Assembly: GCA_038087875.1 (NCBI GenBank)
Contig: CM075999.1
Coordinates: forward strand, 3,598,001-3,662,000
Source: Malacoraja senta
Lineage: Eukaryota
DNA length: 64,000 bases
Direction: 5' to 3'
Position numbers and translations under genes: made by a program
In this document: piece by piece, positions 1-12,216 of the stretch
How the letters are laid out: each line of letters starts with the position of its first letter
How positions within the stretch are numbered: the stretch's first letter is position 1
Notes under the pieces: generated by a model
Seen by the model: the letters and a program-made list of their open reading frames with translations, nothing else
Database searches by the model: none
Told to the model about the DNA's origin: nothing

Positions 1-637
1 GCCTGATATGACGCCGGCAGTCGCCGAAAAAATCGGCAAGTGGGACAGGCCCTTTACTGCAAGACGATAAACCCTGCTGTTCCTGCTGAGTCATTAATCC
101 CTACATCACCTTGGTTCTGCGGCCGCCCGCTCCCCTTTATCTTTCTTTGTTTGCTCGACGGTTTGATTTAAAAAAAATTCCTTTCCTGGTTCTTTTATAA
201 CCCTTACACGTTATTAGATTTTTTTTTTAATCCACACTTTCTCTGTTGCAATAACGCACTAATTCGCACCAAATGTCCAAACACAATGTAAAGAAAACTC
301 ACCATGATAGACATTCGCTGTCTTCTGCGCTTAACTGCGCTGACACTTCAAAAATGCTTTTCTTCACATTGTGAACGTAGCAATAATTAAAACTAACAAC
401 ATATTTGCATTCACTTTTTAATGATTGCGTCAGCAATCTCTTCAGGAGTAAGAAAAGGTCATGAACTTCCTCCTTCCCCTCTGTTATCAGGCTTCTGACC
501 GGTTCTTCCATAAGCTAGGGTACTGTCCGATTCACCTCTACCCCATTGTGGACATTGGACTTTGTCTGTGGAACTGATGCGCTACAATGCTGAGAACTAG
601 ATTCTGCTCTCTGTATCTTCCCCTTCGCTCCACATTT

Positions 638-914
638 AGACTTTAAACTTTAAAGATACAACGCAGAAACAAGCCTTTAGGTCCACTGAATGCGCACTGA
701 CCAGCGATCCCCGCACACTAACACTATCCTACACCCACATGAGGGACAATTTTACCGAGCCAATTAACTTACAAACCTGCACGTCTTTGGAGTGTGGGAG
801 GAAACTGGAGCACCCGGAGAAAACCCACGCAGGTCACGGGGAGTCAGCAATCAGGATGGAACCCAGATCTCTGGCGCTGTGAGGCAGCAACTCTACCGCT
901 GCGCCACCGTGCTG
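638..914 (-). mobile_element. HE1-like V-SINE
   Basis: Reverse-complement match to 4735-5048. Confidence 0.8.
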
Positions 915-984
915 CCTGTTTACAAGCAGATGAGATCAACTTCTGATTCAGCAAGGAGTGGATTTAGGAGAATGAAAGTTAAAT

Positions 985-1214
985 TGAGGCACCCGTCATA
1001 GTCGCAGCAGGTCACCGAAAATGTTCAACATGTTGAAAATCCAGCGGAGACCAGATAAAGGTACGACTCTTTGAGCAACTACTCACCACCATACAGGCGT
1101 CACCCCGCGACATGTCGAGACGTGAGTGAGTAGTCACCCAAAGTCGTACATTTTTCTGGTCACCGCTGGATTTTCAACACTTAGAAAAAATCGCGTAAGT
1201 GGGACAGGCCCTTT
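985..1214. mobile_element. Non-autonomous Harbinger-like MITE end (terminus agtgggacaggcccttTA); a second copy ends at about position 55
   Basis: Identical terminus at 39-57 and 1198-1215; internal palindromic structure. Confidence 0.55.
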
Positions 1215-1349
1215 AGAAAGGAGATGAGGAGGAATTTCTTTAGTCAGAGGGTGGTGAATCTGTGGAACTCATTGCCACAGAAGGCTGTGGAGGCCGAGCA
1301 ATAGATATTTTTAAGGTGGAGATTGAGAGATTCATGATTAGTTTGGGTG

Positions 1350-1773
1350 CTCTGTACCCGTAAAGCTGCTCTGCACAACACCGGCTGACGCTTCTAAGGC
1401 CGTCTGGGTCAAGACAAGATGGAGAGACCAGTGGAAGTCAGCAGAACCATCTAGGCTACACCATTACATCGATGACCCCATGGACGTCCCTGGCCAGGAC
1501 CTGCCCCGAAAGCAGTGGACAACCCTCAACCACTTGAGGACAGGCATCGGACGCTATGGAGTAGCGATGAAGAGGTGGGGCCTCGTGGACAGCGAGAGCC
1601 TCCTGCGAGTGTGGGGACCCAACGCAGACAGTGGAGCACACATAGTCACCAGTTGCCCCAAACACCGGCCACCGAATGGTGAACGAGGTCTGTTTGACCT
1701 GGACGATGACACGTTGGCCTGGCTCGCCTCAACGGAGCTGCAGGTCTGAAAGACACACGACAGAAGAAGAAGA
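1350..1773 (+). mobile_element. 5'-truncated Vingi/Ingi-like LINE 3' end with (GAA)n tail, inserted into a CR1 tail
   Basis: PGQDLPRKQWTTLNHLRTGIGR..WG motif; CCHC knuckle (CECGDPTQTVEH..SC) across two small frameshifts; imperfect TSD agtttgggtg (1340-1349) / agtacgggtg (1774-1783). Confidence 0.7.
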
Positions 1774-3209
1774 AGTACGGGTGTCAGGGTTATGGGGAGA
1801 AGGCAGGAGAATGGGGTTGAGAGGGAAAGAGAGATCAGCCATGATTGAATAGCGGAGTAGACTTGATGGGCCGAATGGCCTAATTCTGCTCCTATCACTG
1901 ATCAACATACACATAAAGGTTTTCCCTGTACCTCGGTACACATGACAATAATAAACCTAAATCTTGAGCTTCGCATTGGAACTGAGCCTCTGCCTCAGAC
2001 ACTGTTCCCTCCATTCTTCACGATCTCCAGTTCTATCAGTAACCAACAATCTATGGATCTGTGCCTGCAATGTACTCAATAAGGGCTCCACAATTTATGT
2101 CAGTATTGTTGCAACATCACAATGTCTAGTCAGACTACTTTACTCCATTGGAACCATTCTTTCATAGAGTCATTGAATTATACAGCGTGGAAACAGGCCC
2201 TTCGGCCCGACCTGCCCATGCTGACCAACATGTCCCATCTACAGTAGTCCACCTGCCGGCCTAACCAAAAATCTGTAGCCTTTTGCTCTGGTATTTTATT
2301 TAATTCACATGTTCAATCGATAATGTTTTATTATTAATGTTTAATGTTTTATGTGTCATTCCTAACTGTCACTGTATGTCATGTTGTCACTTGCGGGCGG
2401 AGCACCAAGGCAAATTCCTTGTATGTGAATACTTGGCCAATAAACTTATTCATTCATTCATATCCTTCTAAACCTGCCCTGTCCCTGTACCTTATGTTTC
2501 TTAAACATTGCGATAGTCCCTGCCTCAACTACCTCCTCCGTCCGGCTCTCGTTCCATGCAGCCTTTGCGTGAAAAAGTTACCCCTCAGGTTCCTATCATA
2601 CCTTTCCTGCCTCACCTTCCCTGACCACCAGTTTGGAAGGGTGGTCGGATACGAGGGATCTTGCAACCTCTTTCATGATCAGAACTGAAGCACGGCAGTG
2701 TTTCATTGTGATACGTACCAACAACGGAACAATGACATAACTTGCTGCTTCTATACAAGCCGATAAACGCATAGATAAACATATTAAATTGTCAACGATA
2801 CAATCAATTAATCATCAGTAATACTTGGTCACCAATTGCAAATCAGAATTCGGTAGTCCATAGAAGATCATAGTTCGTTCTCCACGTGAACTGCCTGGGT
2901 TTTCTCCGAGATCTTTGGTTTCCTCCTGCACTCCAAACACGTACAGGTTTGTAGGTTAATTGGCTTGGTATAAATGTAAAATTGTCCCTAGTGTGTGTAG
3001 GGTGGTGTGAATGTGCAGGGACCACTGGTCAGTGTGGACTTGATGGGCCGAAGGTCCTGTTTCCGCACTGTATCTCCAAACTAAACTAAACTAGACTAGT
3101 ATTGTGTACTGTTCAAGAGCCCAATGGTTGCTGGGAAGAAGCTGTTCTTGAACCTGGAGGTCACGGTCTTTAGGACCAGTACCTTTTTCCCCATGGTAGC
3201 AGTGAGATT

Positions 3210-3686
3210 GAAACATAGAAACATAGACAATAGGTGCAGGAGTCAGCCATTCGGCCCTTCGAGCCAGCACCGCCATTCAATATTGATCATGGCTGGTCAT
3301 CCAAAATCAGTACCCTGTTCCTGCTTTCTCCCCATATCCCTTGATTCCGTTAGTCCGAAGAGCTAAATCTACTCTCTCCTGAAAACATCCAGTGAATCGG
3401 CCTCCACTGCCTGCCGTGGCAGAGAATTCCACAGATTCACAACTCTCTGGGTGAAAACGTTTACTCTCAACTCAGGCCTAAATGGCCGACCCCTTATTCT
3501 TAAACTGTGACCCCTGGTTCTGGACTCCCCCAACATGGGGAACATTTTTCCTGCATCTAGCCTGTCCAATCCCTTAAGAATTGTATATGTTTCTATAAGA
3601 TTCCCTCTCATCCTTCTAAATTCCAGTGAATACAAGTCCAGTCAACCCATTCTTTCATCATATGTCAGTCCCGCCATCCCAGGAAT
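3210..3686 (-). mobile_element. CR1 LINE 3' fragment
   Basis: SLEFRRMRG..SRTRGHSL..FTQRVVNLWN translation; ctatgttt tail. Confidence 0.85.
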
Positions 3687-4317
3687 GAGAGCGTGGCCAG
3701 GGTGGTGTGGGCCTCTGATTGGTAACAAGATGTGGGAAGCATGATTGTTCCAGGCACAGTTCACTGCTTATGAGCTCAGAAATGACAGATAATTGTTTCA
3801 GCAGATCTTTTCTTTGGAACTTGTGTCTAACAAACATGCAGAATTTCTTCAAATGACAGTGGGTTTATTTATGTGACAGTTAAAAATGTGCGGCTCTTAT
3901 ACAAAACATAGCAAGATCTTCAAACATTACTGCGTGTTCTTTGAAAGATTTGTCATCTGTGGCACCACATGACAAGATGCAAGAAACTACATTCCGGTTG
4001 TGACTATTTAATACGTCTTTAAGTTATTGACATTTGTAGAATCGGAGTTACAGAGGAGAGATTGCTTGGAAAGTGAATAACTGTGAATGGGGAACACGGA
4101 CATATTTCATGATCAGACAACATTGCATCGAGCAGATAGAGTGGACACACAAACGTGCTTCCAATTTGATGAATGGCAGATGAGTTAATACTTAAACCAG
4201 GCCAACTGGTCAGACCAGGTTTAATATTAAGACCCACAACTGATTCCATTGAGCAGAGCAATAGAACAGAAATGCTCAATGTTTATATGTTAAATCCTTG
4301 TTCGTCATTCATACCAA

Positions 4318-4483
4318 AGAGAGGGAGAGGGGAGAGGGGGAGGGAGAGAGAGAGAGATAGAGGGAGAGGAGGAGAGAGAGAGGGAGGGTTAGAAGGGGGA
4401 GAGGGGGACGGAGAGAGGAAGAGAGGCAGGGAAGGGGGGAGAGGGAGATGAAGGGGGGGGGGATAGGGAGAGGAAGAGAGGGA
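4318..4483. repeat. GA-rich low-complexity tract
   Basis: Direct inspection. Confidence 0.9.
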
Positions 4484-4734
4484 GTTGTGTACATCCAATC
4501 GTTCGGGAAATCTACTATTGCTGAACTGACAAAGTCACATTCATGGTTGACTCCCTAAACCAGATCCACTTCCTTTCACTGACGTACTAAAAATATCAGA
4601 GCATTTATTTTCAAGTTAACAGCGATTTCTGACAGTCATTAAGCATGTAAATTGAGGTAATTCCAGTCATTTATATCAGCTTAGAATCTGCGGCATGAAT
4701 CAATGATGAGAATCCCAGGAGACATATCTACAAG

Positions 4735-5048
4735 GGCGGCACGGTGGCGCAGCGGGTAGAGCTGCTGCCTCACAGCGCCAGGGACCCGGGTTCGATCCTG
4801 ACCACAAGTGCTGTCTGTACAGAGTTTGTACGTTCTCCCCGTGACCTGCGTGGGTTTTCTCCGGGTGCTCGGGTTTCCTCCCACAATCCAAAGAAGTGCA
4901 GGTTTGTAGGTTAATTGGCTTGGTGTAAGTGTAAATTGCCCCTAGTGTGTGTGTAGGATAGTGTTAGTGTGCGGGGATCGCTGGTCGGCACGGACTCGGT
5001 GGGCCGAAGGGCCTGTTTCCGTGCTGTATCTCTGAACTAAACTAAACT
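4735..5048 (+). mobile_element. tRNA-derived V-SINE (HE1-like), full length
   Basis: A box TGGCGCAGCGG, B box GGTTCGATCC, V-domain-like core, (aaact)n tail; many other copies in the window. Confidence 0.88.
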
Positions 5049-6041
5049 GTATTGATGGTGGGTGGACTGGGATTGTTGAGGGAAAGCCTCTGCTTGTTAC
5101 TGTTCATCTTGTGAAATAACTCACACATTGCAAAACCATTCGGCCGTCTAAGGAGCAGTTCCTGGTGTAATGTGAACTCATTAATTACAAGACCAGATTC
5201 CTGCCCAAATTCATCAAAAATTGAGGGTCCTGTAATTTGTAAATAAACATCATATGTTTGCCTTGTGCAGGAACACTAGTTGCCCGGGTCTCTGCAGTGA
5301 GGTCTTAATTCCTGACTGTGGGCTCTCCTCACTGTTCAGTAGTACAATCGTATCGTAATGTCTTCATAATGTCACATAACTCAACTTTAATTCTCCTTTA
5401 TTCTATTGTTTACAGAATACTATGTTGAGGGGTCTCGACATATTCCTTCTCTCTAGAGATGCTGCCCATCCCGCTGAGTTAGAAACATAGAAACATAGAA
5501 AACAGGTGCAGGAGTAGGCCATTCGGCCCTTTGAGCCAGCACCGCCATTCAATATGATCATGGCTGATCATCCAGAATCATTACCCTGTTCCTGCTTTTC
5601 CCCCATTTCCGTTGACTCCATGATGCTGCACGTAAGAATATCATTGTTTTATCTGGGACATATGACAATAAAACACTAGACTCTTCACTCTGGACTCCTC
5701 ACTGGACTTCACCTTAGACTGGACTCTTCTCTCTAGATTCTTCACTCTAGGCTCTAGACATTTGAATAGAAAATGTTTCTGGGATTAATTGGATCAGTGG
5801 AGTAAGTGTGTGTGGATCTGCAGCAAGTTAGTTGGAGCTTACTCAGACGATGAAGTCAAGAAGGATGGTCACCAGCGGAGCCCATCAGGAGGCCAACAAG
5901 GGCCTGTTTCCGCCCTGTATCTCTCGGGCTGTTAAGAATTGTAAAGTAAGAAGGAAGCACTGGAGTGTTGATGGAAGACACAATGCCTGAGGGTCCACAA
6001 GACATCTCCTCACGTCGGAGATAAATATGCAATAGATGCGT

Positions 6042-6069
6042 CTGAAGAAGGGTCTCGACCTGAAACGTC
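6042..6069 (+). ncRNA. Minimal hammerhead ribozyme motif
   Basis: CTGAAGA-A-GGGTC-TC-GACCT-GAAA-CGTC (G-U pair closing stem II). Confidence 0.6.
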
Positions 6070-6699
6070 ACCCATTCCTTCGCTCCATAGATGCTGCTTG
6101 TCCCGCTGAGTTGCTCCAGCAGTTTGTGTCCACAAGACATCTTCCTGACTCATACATCGGAGTGGAAATACATTTACATTTCCCTCCAGCCCCCTGCACC
6201 TTCCTTCCGCTGTTGGGATTCCCCCGGCCTCTGTGCCCCAGCTGTCTAGACGTCTCTCTGAAACACCCACGTCATCTAAATACTAAAGCAGTTGAAGCAA
6301 ACACCGCTTCCCCAGGGAGCAGGTGACTCACTCCCTGCCCCACAACCCTGCACACATCCACACAAGGCACCTCATAGTCAGCTCTCATGGTAGCAAGGGT
6401 TTAGTTGAGGAGTTGAGTTTTGTACTATGTTTACATATTCACATATTCTGTTGTGCTGCAGCAAGGAAGAATTTCATTGTCCCAAGAAGGGTTTCGTCCC
6501 GAAACGTTGCCTATTTCCTTCGCTCCATAGATGCTGCTGCACCCGCTGAGTTTCTCCTGCATTTTTGTCTACCTAAAATAAAACACTCTTGACTTTAGTT
6601 TAGTGAGGAACTGCAGATGCCGGTTTACACCGAAGATACACAAAATGCTGGAGAAACTTCTGAAGAAGGGTCTCGACTGGAAAAAGTCAGCCATAGCTT

Positions 6700-7130
6700 C
6701 TCTCCAGAGTTGCTGCCTGACCCGCTGAGTTACTCCAGCACTCTGTGAAACGTCACCTATCCATGTTCTCCACAGATGCTGCCTGACCCGCTGAGTTACT
6801 CCAGCACTCTGTGAAACGTCACCTATCCATGTTCTCCACAGATGCTGCCTGACCCGCTGAGTTACTCCAGCACTCTGTGAAACGTCACCTATCCATGTTC
6901 CGGCAGCATCTATGGAGCGAAGGAAATAGGCAACGTTTTGGCCCGAAACCCTTCCGGGTTTCGGCCCGAAACGTTGCCTATTTCCTTCAGGGTTTCGGCC
7001 CGAAAGGTTGCCCATTTCCTTCGCTCCACAGATGCTGCCTGACCCGCTGAGTTACTCCAGCACTCTGTGAAACGTCACCTATCCATGTTCTCCACAGATG
7101 CTGCCTGACCCGCTGAGTTAATCCAGTATT
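6700..7130 (-). repeat. Composite 66-bp tandem array with palindromic core (Penelope terminal-repeat derived)
   Basis: 66-bp unit, seen as the 22-aa repeat VSQSAGVTQRVRQHLWRTWIGD in the ORF track, interrupted by a hairpin block at 6901-7040. Confidence 0.85.
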
Positions 7131-9126
7131 TTATGTCTATCTCAGTTTAGTTTAATTTTAATTCAATTTACAATTGAGTTTATTGTCACAATGTACCAAG
7201 ATACAGGGCTAAGCATTTGTTGCGTGCTATCCAGTTGCAGATTAGTGGTAAGGGGTTAAAGTCGCCCTAGCTCCATCCTCTGCACCAGAGGCAGCGGGCG
7301 TCCTAGTGGGAGGAAGGCAGGATAATTGAACACAGCTGCTGCAAGCTGGACCATAAATCCTCACCACAATCCCGTCAGCGACCCTGGCTGGCAACAATCC
7401 CACTTCTGCAAATAAAACCACGAGGATGTTTCTACCTGTGTGCAGCGGCCCTGGTGAGATTAAAGAGCAACTTCTTTATATCTGAAATGTTGTATCTTAG
7501 AAACATAGAAAATAGGCACAGGAGTAGGCCATTCGGCCCTTTGAGCGGATGCTGGTTTATACCAAAGATTGACACAGAGTGCTGGAGTAACTCAGCGGGT
7601 CAGGCAGCATCTGTGGCGAACATGGATAGGTGACGTTTCAGGTCAGGATGAAACGTCACCTATTCCTTTCCTTCTCTCCAGAGATGCTGCCTGACCCACT
7701 GAGTTACTCCAGCACTCTGTGTCTATCTTTTGAACCAATTTAATATTGTTTAACACTAATAATGCTTTGCTGAATAATTACTGCAATATTTATTTAAACA
7801 GTCATATGCAGAGAAACCAAACCTTTATCTGAACAATGGGATAGTTCCCACACTGCAGTGTGTGACCAGTGTGTGGAGGTGTCCCTGGAACTGATGGGAA
7901 TGTTCATAAGTGATAGGAGCAGGATTAGGCCATTTGACTCCGCCATTCAATCACGGCTGATCTATCTTTCCCTCTCAATCCCATTCTCCTGCCTTCTCCG
8001 CATAACCCCTGACACCTGCACTAATCAAGAATCTATCTGCGCCTTACAAATTGACATGGCCTCCACAGCCGTCTGTGGCAATATATTCCACAGATTCACC
8101 ACCCTCTGTATAAAAATATTCCTCCTCATCTCCTTCCTAAAGGAACGTCCATTAATCCTGAGGCTGTGACCTCTAGTCCTAGACTCTCCCATTGGTGGAA
8201 ACATCCTCTCCACATCCACTCTATCCAGGCCTTTCATTATTCTGTAAGTTTCAATGAGGTCCCCCCCACCCCCCCTCCCCCTCATTCTTCTAAACTCCAG
8301 CGAGTACAGGCCCAGTGCCGACAAACGCTAATCGTACGTTAACCCACTCATTCCTGTATCGTTCCCGTAATCATGCCTTTGATGGAACCGTGCAAATGTC
8401 ACAAATCAAATTATTTCAGTCAGACTAAAACCTCACTCACCTTTTCACCTTCCAATGAAAAACTCAAATTTTAAATGTTGCGCTGCCAGATATCCAGGCA
8501 GTGTTCCTGCCGCTGCTCACAGCTGTCTTTGATCCACATCTATAGTATGTAAATGGGGAGAGAGAACAAGAAGATCAGTCCAGTTCCCTCACAGGACTTG
8601 ACTGAAGGGCATTGACTGACTTACAGCCTCTCTGACAATGATACTAATTGTGTCGGAAGGAACTGCAGATGCAGCTTTACACCGAAGATAGACACAAAAT
8701 GCTGGAGTAACTCAGCGGGACAGGCAGCATCTCTGGGGAGAAGGAATGGGTGACGTTTCGGGTCGAGACTCTTCTTGAGACTGGTTAGGGATAAGGGAAA
8801 CGAGAGATATAGACTTATCCCTAACCAGTCTGAAGAAGGGTCTCGACACAAAACGTCAACCAATCTTTCTCTCCAATGATACTAATTGATACTTTAAATA
8901 TTGGAGGGATAGATTGTTATTAGTTCTGTCCTCAAAGGCATGGCTCTTGGAGGAGAGGGATAGGTGTGGTTAATGCATGCTTGTTCACTCTCCTTGTTGG
9001 AGAACCAGCAGCAGATGCCTGCTGTATGATCAGCCATGATCACATTGAATGGCGGTGCTGGCTTGAAGGGCCGTATGGTCTACTCCTGAACCTATTGTCT
9101 ACTGTCTATTGCCTGCTCAAGGTTAC

Positions 9127-9929
9127 TCAGTCAGTCACATTTATTTATATAGCACATTTAAAAAACAACTCTCGTTGGCCAAAGTGCTTTACATTTGTTA
9201 TAAGAATAGCACAAACAAAACAAACTACATACATATATACATGTAGCCCTCACTCAGAGGACGTCAAGAAAGGCTTGGGAGTATAGATAAGTTTTTAGTC
9301 TTGACTTAAAGGAGTCGATGGAGGGGGCAGTTCTGATGGGAAGGGGGATGCTGTTCCACAGTCTAGGGGCTGCAAATGCAAAGGCGCGGTCGCCCCTGAG
9401 CTTCTGCCTAGACCGTGGGATATTCAGCAACCCCAAGTCGGCCGATCTGAGGGGCCTGGAGGTGGAGTGGTGGATGAGAAGACTTTTTATGTAGGTGGGG
9501 GCAAGCCCATTGAGGGCTTTGTAGACATGGAGGAGGATCTTGAAGTTTATACGGAACCGCACAGGGAGCCAGTGGAGAGAGGCCAGGATCGGGGTGATGT
9601 GGTCCCTTTTTCGGGTGCCCGTCAGGAGTCTCGCTGCGGCGTTTTGGACCAGTTGCAGGCGGGACAGGGAAGATTGGCTGATGCCAGTGTAAAGGGAGTT
9701 GCAGTAATCTAGGCGGGAGGAGATGAATGTGTGGATGATCTTTTCGAGGTCATCAAACTGGAGGAATTGTTTTATTTTAGCTATCGTCCGAAGCTGAAAG
9801 AAGCTAGCTTTTACCACCGCATTGACTTGTTTGTCAAATTTCAGTGCTGAGTCAAATATCACGCCAAGGTTTTTGACGGGAGGTTTGAGTAGTGGGGTAA
9901 GGCTTCCAAGGCTGCCTGCTATCATTACT
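9127..9929 (-). mobile_element. L2-clade LINE, 3' part of ORF2 (RT C-terminus) plus 3' UTR
   Basis: VKNLGVIFD, SRLDYCN and LHWLPVRFRINFKILL motifs, uninterrupted over >220 codons; short GACT-repeat tail. Confidence 0.9.
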
Positions 9930-10322
9930 GGTTTACTTTGCTGGCTTAGGCCACAAATGTCACCCAATACTGACTCATGAGAAAAACCTTGTCTCTAACT
10001 ATTTAGCCACAACTTACCTATGAAAGCAGGTGAGGCAAAATATGTTGTCAAGCTGGAACGGATGCTGAGAAGATTCGTATGTTCTTCATCTTCTTGATTG
10101 TGGGCTGTGGAGGCCAAGTCAATGGATGTTTTTAAGGTGGAGATTGATAGATTCTTGATTAGTTCGGGTGTCGGGGTTATGGGGAGAAGGCAGGAGAATG
10201 GGATTAGGAGGGAGAGATAGATCAGCCATGATTGAATGGCGGAGTAGGTTTGATGGGCCAAATGGCCTCATTCTACTGCTAAAACCGATGAACTGATGAA
10301 TGCTGGATGAGTTCATGTCGAT

Positions 10323-10700
10323 GGAGGGAGGGAGGGAGGGAGGGAGAGAGGGAGGGAGGGAGAGGGAGAGAGGGAGAGAGGGAGAGAGGGAGAGAGGGAG
10401 AGAGGGAGAGAGGGAGAGAGGGAGAGAGGGAGAGAGGGAGAGAGGGAGAGAGGGAGAGAGGGAGAGAGGGAGAGAGGGAGGGAGGGAGGGAGAGAGGGAG
10501 AGAGGGAGAGAGGGAGAGAGGGAAGGTGGAAGAGAGAGGGAGGGAGAGAGGGAGAGGGAGAGAAGGAGGAAAGGTGGAAGAGAGAGGGAGGGAGAGAGGG
10601 AGAGAGGGAGGGAGGGAGGGAGGGAGAGAGGGAGGGAGAGAGGGGGGAGGGAGAGAGGGAGAGGGAGAGAGGGAGGGAGAGAGAGAGGGAGGGAGGGTGG
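10323..10700. repeat. Polypurine (GGGAGAGA)n tract
   Basis: Direct inspection. Confidence 0.95.
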
Positions 10701-11021
10701 AGGATGCTGCCAGTCAGGGATGTGTTGGGAAGCAACAACTTGGTGTAGGAGAAGCAATTGGGTGATCGAGCCGGCGTTATGAGCGGACTAACTCTTAGCT
10801 AAATCAAGGATGACAGAGTGTAATTGAAGCTTGTCTTGTGGCAGCTGCCAGCGGAGTTTCAGATGAGTGGGAGAACCTGATTTACATCCTCCACAGTTAA
10901 GCAAGTCTCCGGTGACATCGGCTGGGCTGGCAGCAAATCACACGTAGCCGCCCATCCAAAGCAAAGCAGCGACCAAAGATCACATTCCCTCTGCCTCCAT
11001 CTTCTCATTACACAAGGCAAT

Positions 11022-11385
11022 AAAGACGGACACAGAATGCTGGAGTAACTCAGCGGGACAGGCAGCATCTCTGGAGAGAGGGAATGGGTGACGTTTTTTC
11101 AGACTGAGAGTCGGGGGAGAGAGAAACAAGAGATATATGAAAGAGTAAGGTGTGAAATCAAGGGATCAAAGGGGATGAAGATCAAGGAAAATGTAGAATA
11201 GATGATTGCTGAGGGGAAGGTGACAACGAGGTGTACAACGTAAGATTTAATCAGGAGGACGGTCAAACTAGTTGGAGAACTAGGGTGGGGGGAGGGATGG
11301 AGAGAGAGGGAAAGCAAGGGTGACTTGAAGTTAGAGAAGTCAATGTAGCTGCCCAAGCGAAATATGAGGTGCTGTTCCTCCAATA
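11022..11385 (-). mobile_element. Penelope-like element 3' end (inverted relative to the 11755 copy)
   Basis: LEEQHLIFRLGS translation plus the same terminal repeat. Confidence 0.75.
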
Positions 11386-11754
11386 AAGAAGGCCGTTGTT
11401 GAGGACAGAGATCTCTTCCCGTCCCTGTTATCATTTATCTGGAAATTATGTCTGTTGATCCCTAAGTGCGGAAATCAATCATTGTTGTCCAATGCACAGG
11501 AAAGTACCAACAATGTGTTCTGCCAACCAAACCCACAATGAAAATTAATCGTTAGGTTACCAAGTCTCCACTTGAAGCATCTTTAGTGTCCGTGAAAGTT
11601 GCTGCTCGTGACTCGAAGGGCCGAATGGCCTACTCCTGCACCTATTTTTCTATGTGACATTCGACCTACTTAAATATCAATGCAGACAACAAAAGCCCAC
11701 GCCCTTACTCCTTATCTCTGGAACTATCTATCTGGGCAGTTCCTCAACTACAAG

Positions 11755-12216
11755 GTTCCCACACTGACCTCTCTGTCCTGGGCCTCCTCCACTGTCAGAG
11801 TGACGCCCAGCGCAAAGTGGAGGAACAGCACCTCATATTTCACTTGGGCAGCTTACACCCCAGCGGTATGAACATTGATTTCTCCAAGTTCCAGTAACCC
11901 TTGCTTTCCCTCTCCCTCCATCCCCTCCCCCACCCTAGTTCCCCGACTAGTTTCACTGCCCTCCTGATTAATTCTACTGTCTGTCACCTTCCCCCCCCCC
12001 CCCCCCCAACAATGAACCATCCTACAATTCCTTGATCAGCGTCTGCTTTGATCTGTCATTTTCACACCTAGCTTCTCTCTTCCCCGACTCTCAGACAAAG
12101 GGTCTCGACCCGAAACGTCGCCCATTCCTTTTGCTCAGAGACGCTGCCTGTCCTGCTGAGTTACTCCAACATTCTGTCTTCGGTGTAAACCAGCATCTGC
12201 AGTCCCTTCCTACACA
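11755..12216 (+). mobile_element. Penelope-like (Neptune-type) element 3' end: GIY-YIG C-terminus plus terminal repeat
   Basis: 11760-11897 translates HTDLSVLGLLHCQSDAQRKVEEQHLIFHLGSLHPSGMNIDFSKFQ*, followed by a terminal repeat with a partial hammerhead core. Confidence 0.8.

Noticed and set aside
4735..4810. tRNA gene
   Set aside because: A/B boxes belong to a SINE head that continues into the V-domain and tail; many dispersed copies
10119..10782. Long ORFs rich in RE/G or SLP
   Set aside because: Translations of a GA simple repeat
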